Shown here one piece after another: positions 34,301 through 44,383 of a stretch of DNA of 64,000 nucleotides (position 1 is the stretch's first letter; each line of letters begins with the position of its first letter). The notes below the pieces were generated by a model that was given only the letters and a program-made list of their open reading frames with translations, did not search any database and was not told the DNA's origin. This DNA comes from Azolla caroliniana (lineage: Eukaryota > Plantae > Polypodiophyta): positions 11,346,001-11,410,000 of the forward strand of contig JBHGNT010000018.1 in assembly GCA_043228905.1 (NCBI GenBank), in the 5' to 3' direction. The translations under genes and the position numbers were made by a program.

Positions 34301-37116
34301 TGCGAGTTCGCGGTGCTTATGCTCCTCGTCTTCTTGGTGTTCGAGTGCTCGTGCTCACGCGTTCGTGTAGTCGTTGCTTGCCGATTTCGTTGTTTGGGGC
34401 TCGTCGGCTCGGTATCCTGATTGGTGCTCGATGCATCGTTGCCCCTGCACCTCTCCTCCTCATAAAGGCGTCCGGACATTCGCAAATGCGTCTTCTCCCT
34501 TTCCTTGTGTGTTCGCCTTGTGTGCTCGTCTTTCCTTGTGTGCCCGTCCGTCCACTTGTGCGGTGAGCCAAAAGCTCCACAAGCCCCTTCGCTCAACAGG
34601 CCACAAAGATCAACGAGTCGTGATCAATGAAGACCATCAACTCCACAACGGGGACAATGAGCCCATGCCCAGCAAGTAATCTTCTTCGACAAGCAAACCT
34701 CAGGCCTTCTCTACCCCCTTCTTACTCCCCACAGTCCAAGAGCCCCCAGATCCCACCAAGTAGCTAGTGCATGCGAAACTTCACGACGACATAGGCCCCG
34801 TCCCTATGGACCACGACCTCACCACCCTTATCATCGATAGATAAAGACCATTATCTCCTGTCATTGCAGGTGCTTCCCTCACTACAAAGACCTCTCCGTT
34901 CTGGATTGACCTATGCTAGAGATCTTTCAAAGACAAAAGCTATAATATATCTAACTTGAGAATCTTACATGTGCAAAAAACCAGATTCTTTAGTCTCTTT
35001 TTATCTTATTTACTTTCATATTTACTTTCATATTTACTTGGTAATATTTATTTTATTTTGATTTGTTCTTCTCAAAGATGAGACAACACTCAAGATGTAA
35101 TCTCTTGTTTGGTCTTATCGACCATTTTGGCCTCTTAAAAGAGGTTCATATATCTTTCTTTCTTTCTTCACATGATTAAGGAGGCCATACACCCTCACCA
35201 TAGGTTCATATCCTTTTGTGTGAGAATTCTGCAACTTTAATTTGTTTGCACAGTTCTATTATTCGTTCACTTCTATGTGGATATTTTTTTGCTGGGTGAC
35301 TGGACTCTCACATTGGAAGCCTTTGAATCCATCCTCTAAAGTTGTAAATGGATTGTTGTAACTACATGCACAAGGGTTGCCTACTCCCTAAGAAATTGTT
35401 TAAGCGGGAATATGGTTGTTTGGATAGCATCCACGATAGGGTGGGAGGGGTGAAATTGGAAGCAAAATATGCGTTTATGAAAGGGGATAAAATATGTCTA
35501 GAAGGATAATAAGTAAGAGTAGTGAAGTTGCGGAGAGAAAAAAACAAACCACAGTAAATGTTGTAATCAAGTACTGGCAAGTCCAAAAAGTCAATGGAAA
35601 TAAACGCTAGAATAAAGTGAATCATGCAATAGAAAATTATGTCGAGAGAATGTGTAGAAGCAAGAGATTAGTTGGGGATTCCACCCACCAACAATTACAA
35701 AGAAAAATTCCAACGAGGTGCACATCATACATATTAAAGATATGTGTGTGTACACACATGCTGGGCTTGTCTCTCAAACTACGATGTACAATCATTGGTT
35801 AACCTAGCTAGAATGATTAAATTGCACAAATTCCTGCATAAGGCTAGGATTTAACTCAAATGAAACCCAAAGGCCCCAAGTCAAAGCCCATCCCAATATA
35901 TGCGTGACACATGCTACACTACCCACGGGCATCTAGCATATAGCTTGGAATTTTGTGTGCATAAGATGGACAACCAAGATGTGGCTACTACTAACATCAA
36001 ATCACCAGATGATAAGAGAGTACAAAATGACACCCAACGGTCCATGCACAAGAATATCTAGGCCTGTGTACACCTGAAAAGCCTTGTCTATCCTCATCTC
36101 AGAGCTATCCAAACTTAGCTGACCTAACACCATCCATGTACTGATGTATCTAGTTTAACTTCCATTAATTCCTAGTATATGTATGGTCATTGCACTTTTG
36201 TAGCAAACAGGAAGCCAATTCATGCTAGCCTATCAAATTAACAAATTACAAGTCTTATAACTCACCAGAAATATACAAGAGGTAGGATATAAGCATGTGA
36301 TACTTGATTAGTCCGCTGAAAATTAACATTAGAGAGTCTTATGACTCACCAGCAATATACAGGAAGTATGATATAAGCATGTGATACTTGATGAGTCCAC
36401 TGAAAATTAGAGTTAGAAGTTTATCAGTGGAAATGGAGCTAACAAGTTGTCTGGTAAGAAAGCGTCCATACACGTAGATCATTGCGGTGAAGAAGAAATG
36501 CCTACAAACCAAACAAACCAACTATAGCTTGTTTTAGAATGTGTATATTGAACGGTATTGTTATGGAAGGAAAGTATATCACAAACCAGTTAAGAAGGCG
36601 AAATCCAGGAACTTTCTCTTTCTGTGCACGAGCAGCAAGAGCAAAAAGCTCTCTAGCCATGAAAATCTGAATGACCACAATCATTCCCCATATGTACAGA
36701 TGTCCCATGTACAATATAAGGCTAAAACCACCGATCATCCATATTGTAGATAATGTACGAATTCTGAATTTCCTATACTTTTCCTGATCATCTACAAGGA
36801 GACTACCATCACCACTGTTTGCTTCATTCTGTACAATGCAGAAGAAGAAGGACCTTAGTTTCTTTCAGATGAAGGCTCGCACTACTAAAACAACAATCTT
36901 AGTGTCTCTAAGATGAAGAACCACATTTAGTTGAAAATACATATACTTTCAATCTGTAAAATACAGACAAGCAGAAGAAAAAAAAACTTACCTCCTCTGA
37001 GATGGAACAGTCACAAAAATCTCACAATAACCAAAACAAGGAAGCATACTTACTTTATTTTCTTCATTAGAACGCCGACGAATTCGGTTGCGTAAGGAGA
37101 TTCGACTTCTCAACAT
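15659..37116 (-). CDS. CDS1: Phosphatidate cytidylyltransferase (CDP-DAG synthase, eukaryotic type), 11 coding exons, 420 aa: 37116-37054, 36828-36587, 36501-36350, 28906-28765, 25060-24904, 24789-24742, 24549-24463, 16282-16154, 16084-16028, 15936-15853, 15760-15659
   Basis: Family motifs [31 protein letters not shown] and [27 protein letters not shown]. All 10 introns are GT-AG with compatible phases. Exons sum to 1263 nt = 420 aa + TAA. The paralog (CDS1/2/3) cannot be determined here. Confidence 0.95.
15853..15936 (-). CDS. CDS1: CDS gene exon 10
   Basis: [33 protein letters not shown] / GTGAGC. Confidence 0.93.
16028..16084 (-). CDS. CDS1: CDS gene exon 9
   Basis: [24 protein letters not shown] / GTGAGC. 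Confidence 0.96.
16154..16282 (-). CDS. CDS1: CDS gene exon 8
   Basis: [48 protein letters not shown] / GTTTGC. Confidence 0.95.
17780..21087 (-). pseudogene. LINE ORF2 (APE-RT-zinc-finger-like tail), several frameshifts
   Basis: 627-aa open segment 19204-21087, then consecutive fragments 19037-19270, 18594-18944, 18079-18669 and 17915-18163. Confidence 0.88.
21094..22157 (-). pseudogene. LINE ORF1, probably one ORF frameshifted near 21950
   Basis: Overlapping ORFs 21948-22157 and 21094-21951. Coiled coil followed by AWRVG...IIRF...IYLDDDLT. Confidence 0.75.
22353..22390 (+). repeat. (GA)n microsatellite in or at the LINE 5' UTR
   Basis: About 19 GA units. Confidence 0.9.
24463..24549 (-). 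CDS. CDS1: CDS gene exon 7
   Basis: [34 protein letters not shown] / GTGAGT. Confidence 0.92.
24742..24789 (-). CDS. CDS1: CDS gene exon 6
   Basis: [21 protein letters not shown] / GTATGC. Confidence 0.92.
24904..25060 (-). CDS. CDS1: CDS gene exon 5
   Basis: [57 protein letters not shown] / GTGGGT. Confidence 0.95.
25603..26952 (+). mobile_element. 5'-truncated, decayed copy of the same LINE family in intron 4, antisense to the gene
   Basis: [14 protein letters not shown]...WTDLERP and [14 protein letters not shown] match the ORF2 C-terminus. The 3' UTR at 26620-26952 matches 17222-17545 inverted and ends in (CTTT)n. Confidence 0.85.
28765..28906 (-). CDS. CDS1: CDS gene exon 4
   Basis: (G)[46 protein letters not shown](W). 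TACAG / GTGAGT. Confidence 0.95.
29400..31930 (-). mobile_element. Decayed Ty1/copia 3' part (RT, RNase H, PPT, start of LTR) in intron 3
   Basis: [21 protein letters not shown] (31561-31788). [15 protein letters not shown]...GGAISWCS (30064-30318). [13 protein letters not shown] (29548-29754). PPT AAGTGGGAGG then TGTTGGGA at 29529. An unassigned insert spans about 30318-30880. The left boundary is approximate. Confidence 0.85.
29734..30121. repeat. Tandem duplication with a 194-bp period inside Copia RNase H
   Basis: GTAAACAAGGTTCTTTG.CAAACATATGGCACTTTGG starts at both 29734 and 29928. Confidence 0.85.
32020..35168 (+). mobile_element. 5'-truncated copy of the same LINE in intron 3, antisense to the gene, split by a solo LTR
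   Basis: TIVP..K.G.PM...[37 protein letters not shown] and [13 protein letters not shown] all match the 17-21 kb copy. 3' UTR and (CTTT)n tail end near 35168. A separate ~55-bp tail fragment lies at 31953-32006. Confidence 0.88.
33937..34788. mobile_element. Probable solo LTR (about 852 bp) inserted in the LINE copy
   Basis: The LINE sequence GCACGT|AGGCCCC is split here. Termini TGTCGTGA...TCACGACG. Flanks ACGT/ACAT form a degenerate TSD. Confidence 0.7.
36251..36418 (-). repeat. 84-bp tandem duplication of the 3' end of exon 3 with its splice donor
   Basis: The copy at 36251-36334 repeats 36335-36418. Both contain G|GTGAGT.ATAAGACT on minus. Confidence 0.9.
36350..36501 (-). CDS. CDS1: CDS gene exon 3
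   Basis: (W)[15 protein letters not shown]...[15 protein letters not shown](G). TGTAG / GTGAGT. Confidence 0.93.
36587..36828 (-). CDS. CDS1: CDS gene exon 2
   Basis: [35 protein letters not shown]...[21 protein letters not shown]...GFRLLN. TACAG acceptor, GT donor, phase 2 end. Confidence 0.93.
37054..37116 (-). CDS. CDS1: CDS gene exon 1 ([21 protein letters not shown])
   Basis: ATG at 37116 with an in-frame TAA upstream at 37161-37159. Basic RRRSNE motif as in plant CDS N-termini. Donor GTAAGT. Confidence 0.75.
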
Positions 37117-38268
37117 TTTTTTCACGATACCTTCACGAAAACAAAGATGGTCGCTGCTTTATTTCTGAGAGAAATTCCTCTTCTCGACCGTAACAAGCTT
37201 TTTCCTACATTTTCTGCATCGTATGGAGGATTATTCGATGTGAAGAAGAATGATTCGGAATAGAGCGTGAAAGAAACGCGAATAGGCGATTGGAGTTCAG
37301 ATCAGACGACGACGATGGTGATCATTGATGATGATGATGCATACAGTTTCCTGCTCGCCCCCATTCAGTGTTATCATGCGTGCGTCGTGGTCACACTCCA
37401 AGGTTATGACCCTAAGGACTAACTAGGGCATCATTCATTCTACAACATTAGTATACAAGCTCTTTCATAGGTTGTAACTTGTGATCAAAGTAGGACTAGG
37501 GCTTCCTTCCGTCACACACCATTAGCATCAAATATAAACCAGCTTTGATGAATTGTAAATTAAATCATAAACTGTCAGCGCCTCACTACGAGCTTTGATG
37601 CTCAATTGCTTAAGAACATAAGCGTACTAAGGTCTCGGTCTAATATTTGAATAGTCTAGGTGATTGATTAGGATAAACATTTGCAAACAACAATTGCAAT
37701 ATTATAAATGGATAAGATATTGGTTTATTGAATTATGTTCAAGTTATACTAATAGTAATGAGAATGAATGGATGAATACATTGATGGATCTAGGCTAACC
37801 AAAGTCCTTTTCGACGGTGATATGAAAGGGTGAATAAGCTCAAGAACATATAAAATGTGACAATTACAAGGATAAACTTTTACCAACAAAAATCTAAAAT
37901 AAAAATCTAGAGGTGGCAAAGTGGAAGCATGCAAAGAGATTCCCATCTACAAGGGGAATATATGTGACCAAGAGAAAGTTTTAAGTTTTTTTTTTCTGAA
38001 AAATTATTCTTCATTAGTAGAAATTCTACATACATGACGAAATGATTAGGTTGAAAACATTACAATGGCTCTAGCCATGATGACCTATAAAAACCACAAA
38101 GGAGGATAGAGAAAGATGAAAAAGAATGGCATAAGACATCGTATATGTAATCAACGTTGAACATAGTGGGCCATGATGGTTAGTCCACATTACTTGTTCT
38201 TATGTCGTCATGTGTTCGAATGTGACCATGTCCTCCGCCTCCATAATGATAACAATTATCCTTTTTTC

Positions 38269-39282
38269 TGTAAAAGGATACGTGTGTGGAAGCGTTGTGT
38301 GCAAACACAGCTGCTCACCCGGACAACATAAGGCAAAATAATTAGGTAAACACAAGGTCGGAGAGAGAGAGAGAGAGAGTAAGCAGACAACAAAACTTGT
38401 ATTACAAAATAATACTCAATACTCAGTACTCAGTACATACAAATGTGCTCACAGAGCACTTTTTATACAAGCCCTAATGAGTGGGTTGACACAAGTACTA
38501 TTAGTACTTTAATGCTCATGAATGAGCCTGACACTGATTAGCCTGTAATAGGCCTATTTATTAAAATTGGCACCTACACTCCCTAACGGCTTATTGGATT
38601 CCATCCAACTCGATCAGTCGATTCGGCTTAGCAACCAATTCGGGTTCCCGGCTTATTCAACCGATTCAAGCCTAGCCAATCAGCCTTCATCCAATCCGGC
38701 TCATGTTGAGCTTGTCTCTCAACACTCCCCCTCAAGCTCAACTTGAGGTCCTGATGTATCAACTCCAGCCGATTCCAGCCTCCAGCTTCTCCCAGGGTCT
38801 TCTTGCCTCTCTCACACTCCTCGTTTGGTCTGGTCCCGTGTCCCACGACCCCTCCGGTCCAATGCTACTTGATCTGTTCGGTTCCACACACCTCGACTAT
38901 CGGCATGTCTACTCTATAGGCCCTTATCAAATCCCTTTCTTGTCACAGCATTGGCGCCCCTCGACCCGTCGGCTCCTCCGTATCGATGTCGACTTCGGTT
39001 GCCTTCTTGTCTACATGGCCTTCACATGATCCGTCTCATCCGGATCACTCCTTTCAACCATCAGTTGTCTCTAATCTGTTCCTACTCTCAACTGAATCAA
39101 TTATCTCTGATTCGTCCTCCTTCGGACCCTTGACCACGTCCTGGTCTTGACCTTCATCTTCCTTTCGCCCTTACTTCAACTTTCACTTCTCCCCCTCAAG
39201 TTTGGTTGGTCGAGATGTTGTAAGCCAAGCATACTCAAAAAATGTCGCAACTTATCCAGGTTGAGAGGTTTGGTGAAGATAT
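38269..39282 (-). mobile_element. Copia family B 3' end (RNase H tail, 3' UTR, PPT, 3' LTR 38269-38724)
   Basis: The LTR resembles 9233-9665 (TGTAAAAG...GTTGAGCTTGTCTCTCAACA). PPT CTTGAGGGGGAG at 38736-38725. DIFTKPLNLDKLRHFLSMLGL near 39215-39282. Confidence 0.88.
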
Positions 39283-39550
39283 TGTTGGGAATTCGGTCCC
39301 TCCAGATGGGATCCAGATGAGAATCGGACGAGCTGGATCAGACGAGACGTAGGAAGGAACCGGACCGGATGGATCCGGAAGGTATTCGGATATTGGATCG
39401 GATGGATCTGGAAGGAGTCTGGCAAGATCCGGTATGAACCAACAAATACGAACATATTAGTAAATATGTTCAGATGTGACGATTGAGGTCATATTTGTAA
39501 ATAGCCCCAAAGTTATATAAGTATAAATATAACTAGGGCAATATTGTTAG
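39283..39550 (+). mobile_element. Start of a family A-like Copia LTR, cut by the next insertion
   Basis: Begins TGTTGGGA...GGTCCCTCCAGATGGGA. Shares the ATATTTGTAAATAGCCC...GTATAAATAT..CTAGGGCA block with 40261-40311. Confidence 0.75.
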
Positions 39551-40024
39551 TGTCAGAACCAAGAATAAAAGATAAAGTGATGGAAGAAGGATATAAGAGA
39601 ACACGAGAAGAAATGAACGAAATGCTAAGAGAAGAATGGGTGTATTAAGATAAAGAAATAAAGAGAATGGATACAAGATATGTAATGAGAGCTAAAGACT
39701 AGTGTTGTTTCGAATTGATTTGAGAATACATGTATGCCCTTATTTATAGGTTCCTATAGAATAGCTTAGAGATTTCTATAATGTTCTAGAATGATCTAGA
39801 GTTTTTACAATAATCAATGTAATACAAAAAGTAGCTTTTATTCTCTCATATGACAATAAGCTATCTTAATGGTTGAGGTTTTCAATTATGGATTACAAGG
39901 TTCGAGGTTCAAGTCTGAGTGATGCCATAATGGTCATGTGTTCATGACACTATCTCTCCTTTGAGAATGCCGAGTGGAAGTTGGCGCTAACATTGTAGGG
40001 CCGGGTTTGTTTGGATAGTGGCGA
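39551..40024 (-). mobile_element. 3' LTR (39551-39949, 399 bp), PPT-like tract and ~60 bp of internal sequence
   Basis: TGTCA...TGACA termini. Minus-strand CCTATAAATAAGGG near 39738-39751. Purine tract AAAGGAGAGATAG abuts the LTR on minus. Confidence 0.7.
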
Positions 40025-41517
40025 TGTTAGGAAACAGGTCCCTTCGGATGGGAAGTGAGAAGAACCGTGTTGATGAGCAATTCGGCCGAGGCCGAATCCG
40101 GATGTGGCGTACCCGGCAACGGAAGACTCGGTGAGAACTGGATGTGGAGTACCTGTCAAGGAAGACCCGGTGAGAACTGAATGTTGCAGGCCCGGTGAGA
40201 ACCTCTCATCGGATGGAAGGGACATATATGTAAATTTGTTCTAGAGAGCCCACTGGGGCTATATTTGTAAATAGCCCGAAAGTCATATTAGTATAAATAT
40301 GACCTAGGGCAAACTTAATAGTGATGATGATAGAGTTATTTGCGGGTGTAACTTCTGTACAGTGCGTAAGAGAGCTAGAGAGTGCGATATACAGAGATTG
40401 TTGCCTCTGTTGTAACCGCCTGGTGGCGAAGTGAGGGAGCAAGAGGTCGTTGCCTCTGTGCCCCATTGTTGTAATCTTATATAGTGATATTTTGCAGTCT
40501 GAGGGCTGCCGTGGTTTTTCCCATATTTGGGTTTTCCACGTTAACATCTTGTGCACTCTCTTTTTTACTGTTTTGTGCGTAGATACATCTCTCCACATCC
40601 CTGTTTTCTGTGATTGATCCGATGTCTCGGTTGTGGCCGAGCATAGTTGGAGACAAGTATCCTATCAAATTGGTATTAGAGCAAAACGACACAGAAAAAT
40701 GGACGATTCGCTGGGAGGCATGTTCAAGCTCACCGGCTCCAATTACTTAGTGTGGAAGTCGAAGATGAGGGACATGCTCATGGTTAAAGATCTTTGGTTG
40801 CCGGTTCAGTTCGGGGACAAGAGACCGGACAAAATCGATGCCACGATATGGGAGGTGATGCACATGAAGACAACGACGTACATACGGTGCTTCATCGACA
40901 TGAGTCTATACAACAACTTCAATGAAGAGAGCAAGGCTCATGAGCTTTGGGAGAAGATCGACATTATGTTTCAGAACAAAAATGTTGTTAATCAGGTTTC
41001 GGTATTTCAGAGGCTAGTAAGACTCCGGTACCAAGATGGCTCCAGCATGGCGGAGCACATGAATGCCTTCCAAGGGCTGATCCACCAAGCAACATCATTG
41101 GAAGTACCTCTCGCCGATGAGGTACTAGCGCTACTCCTGCTCGATTCCCTCCCAGATAGTTGGGAGACGTTGGTTGTCACTTTGGGCAACGTTGGGCCGG
41201 AAGGGAAACAGTTATCCCTAGCAAGAGTGAAGTCGAGCTTGCTAGATGAGGAGGCGCGTCGGAAAGACAAGGATACGAGCTCCGACTCCAAAGTGCTCAT
41301 TACCGAATCGGAACACGAAAGACAAAGGAACCATAGCCCCCAAAACCGGGAGAAGTCGGGGACACAGTCAAAGTCAAGGAGGAGGCCTACCTACTTCTAT
41401 TGCGGCAAGTCGGGACACTCCAGAAGAACTGTCGGCACTTCCGAAAAGACAAGGAAACCGATAGTACCGATTCGAAGCGGACACCGGACCGAAATGGTAA
41501 AGACCGGAGGGGGCCGG

Positions 41518-42809
41518 TGTCGCGAAAATACGACGAGGATACGTGAACTTTGAGGCAGGACCCCGGGGCCTCCGACCGGAAGATATCATATTCGTATGAT
41601 TATATTAAACAATTAATACAAAATTATAAAGATTCACAAATTTCATTAATAAAGGGAAAGAAAGATTACAATTAATCCCAAGATTGGGATTACAAAAATT
41701 TGCTAATGGAGATGACTAGAGTAATAGATTAGAAGAAATGAAATATGGATTTAATTAGAATATTAGGGTTTTTAGCTTCAATTCGAAAATTAGGGTTTTT
41801 GAGTTATATGGCTTTGATTAGGAAATTAGGGTTTATGACTTCTGTAAGGAAATTTAGGGTTCTTGCCTTCGATAAGATAAGAGAGCTCCGAAGGAAAAGA
41901 AGAACAATATAATATGGAGAGAGCATATGAGTGTAAGAAGAAAAATGGAATATATATAGAGTTCTCCCTTGATCATAGCCTTTCCACTTTTTGTTGCATG
42001 GCCTCTACTTTTACTTTTTGCATGCACTCCAACTTTAGTTGCTTGCGTCCACATGGCCTTTACTTTAGTTCTCTTCACTTTACTTTAGTTTGTTGCATGA
42101 TCCAATCTTTCGTCTGTCTGTGTCCAACCTCGTCCGGTAGCCGGTTCCATTTTGCTTGCCGGCCGGTTCCGGTTCCGGTTTTGCTTGCCGGTTCCGGTTC
42201 CAGTTTTGCTTACCGGCCAGTTTCCGGTTTGCATACCGATTCCGGTTCCAGTTTTGCTTACCGTCCGGTTTTCGTTTTGCATACCAGCCAGTTTCCGGTT
42301 TTGCTTGCCGGTTCCGGTTCCAATTTTGCTTACCGTCCGGTTTCCGATTTTGCTTGCCGACCAGTTTCCAATTTTGCTTTCCGGCCGGTTTCCGGATTTG
42401 CTTACCGGACCGGTTTCAGGATTTGCTTACCGGACTGGTTTCCAGATTTGCTTACCGACCGGTTTCCGGATTTGTTTACCGGCTGATTTCCGGTTTTAGG
42501 GAATTTGGCCACCATCATTCATTAAGACAAAGTGGCCAAAGTGCTGTTAGCACAAATGAAGAATGAGGGAGCTCAAGGTGCTTATATAGCTAGGGCCTTA
42601 ACTTTCCTATCTATGTGGGATAGTTCTAATTTTCCTATCTTCTCAAACTTTATTTTCACATAACTTGATATGTATTTCTCCATTTTGTATATAGTAAAAA
42701 ACGTTTTGAAGCTCTTGAGTATATCCATCTTTCTATAGTAAGCTACTAATCTAATCTATAATAATTATTTCATTATTTTTTTACATAGTGTGTGAAGATT
42801 CACACGACA
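41518..42809 (+). mobile_element. Gypsy-type LTR (1292 bp) preceded by a PPT-like stub, inside Copia gag
   Basis: TGTCG...CGACA termini. GGAGGGGG lies just upstream (41506-41513). The host frame SKRTPDR...KGMTAI resumes after 42809. Orientation is inferred from the PPT. Confidence 0.75.
42135..42495 (+). repeat. Degenerate tandem array of ~24-bp units (TTTGCTTACCGRCCGGTTTCCGGA-like)
   Basis: About 14 recurrences of the TTTGCTT(A/G)CCG core, giving repetitive translations (FAYRPVS). Confidence 0.85.
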
Positions 42810-43544
42810 CCAGACCAGAAGGGAATGACGGCAATCACGATAAGTGAAGAAGAGTTGATGCTCATCACCGAGGAGAGTGAGTTGAACCTTCCTGGCGACG
42901 AGATAACGTGGGTTGTTGATTCCGGAGCATTGTTCCACCTTACCCCGGACCGTGAATACTTCTCATCCTACACAACCGGTGATCACGGCTATGTTTGGAT
43001 GAGGAATGAAGGTACATGCCGAATTGTCAGCATAGGAGACCTGTGGTTGACAACACCAACCGGATGCAAGGTGCTGCTGCTGAAGGATGTCCGACACGTT
43101 CCTGAGGTTTGACTAAACCTGATATCAGCCGATCAGCTAGATAATGAAGGCTACACAGGTAGCATCCGGAATGGAGTCATGAAATTCAGCAAAGGGAGCC
43201 TGATAGTGGCTCGGGCCCCGAAGGTCAACACGTTGTACCTAATGAATGCCCGGTTATGCCCGAAAGAAGTGAACGTGGCTTCCGACACTATCGGTGAGCT
43301 GTGGCACAAGAGACTGTGTCACATGAGCGTGAAGGGGATGAAGAGGCTTGCCGATGACAACCTCATTCCGATGAAGAACGTGTATCTTGAGAGGTGCACC
43401 GACTGCCTAGCCGGTAAGCAGAACCGGACCTCCTTCCAATGAAGGCCACCGATGAGACGTAATGCACCATTGGAGTTGGTGCATACCGATGTGTGTCAAG
43501 TGGACATGAAGTCCCATGCCGGAGCACAGTACTTCGTGACGTTC

Positions 43545-44383
43545 TGACGGGAACTACAACGCTCCCTCTATGCAACGCTCGGCCACAATCGAGCTTAGGA
43601 TCGTACACAGAAAACAGGAAACAGTCAAACACGCGACACAAAAGGAGAGACGAGGTACACAGGAGGTTTACGTGGAAAACCCCAAACTAGGGGAAAAAAC
43701 CACGGCAGCCCACAGGCTGCAAACTATCACTATGATGGAATGTACAACAATGAGTTCACTGAAGCACCGACCTCGTGCTCACAGATCTTCGCCACAGGCG
43801 GCGGTTACAACAGAGGCATCAACCTCTTTCTCTCTCTCTCTCTCTCTGTACAGTTACGCACACTAATCTCGTGCAAAACAAAAATGACAACAACTACAAC
43901 GACTCCTAAAAGTTTGCCCTAAGTCATATTTATACTAATATGACTTTTCAACTATTTACAAATATAGTCTCGATGGACTCTCAGAAACATATTTACGAAT
44001 ATGTCTCTTCATCCGGTTCTCACCGGGTCTGTACCATCCAGCTCTCCGTAGCCGGGTACTCCTCATCCGGCTCATACCGGGTCTGCATCATCGGGCTCTC
44101 CGTCGCCGGGTACTCCTCATTCGGTCTTCACCGGGTCTGTATCATCCGGCTCTCCGTAGCCGGGTACTCCTCATCCGGTTCATACCGGGTCTGTATCATC
44201 CGGCTCTTCGTAGCCGGGTACTCCTCATCCGGTCTTCACCGGGTCTGTATCATCCGGCTCTCCGTAGCCGGGTACTCTTCATCCGGTCTTCACCGGGTTT
44301 GCATCATCCAGCTCTTCGTAGCCGAGTTTGTTCATCGGCACTGTTCTTCTCCCTTCCCATCCGGAGGGACTTGTCTCCCAACA
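43545..44383 (-). mobile_element. Solo LTR (family A, 839 bp) in Copia integrase
   Basis: Perfect 5-bp TSD CGTTC at 43540-43544 and 44384-44388. TG...CA ends. Splits YFVTF|IDD. Contains about 6 copies of a 54-bp unit (about 44005-44330). Confidence 0.95.

Noticed and set aside
34108-34679. Overlapping ORFs in the solo LTR
   Set aside because: Low-complexity GTGCTC/CTCGT-rich sequence that is open in many frames.
9233-38724. Family B LTRs at 9233-9665 and 38269-38724 as one element enclosing the host gene
   Set aside because: PBS and PPT both face away from the gene and the LTRs are quite diverged, so they belong to two separate elements.
39857-39928. Functional tRNA gene
   Set aside because: Acceptor and anticodon stems do not pair convincingly. 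Kept only as a tRNA-like relic in the findings.
41914-42566. ORFs with FAYRPVS/FRFCLP repeats; CRISPR-like look
   Set aside because: Minisatellite in an LTR. There are no unique spacers or cas genes, and the context is eukaryotic.
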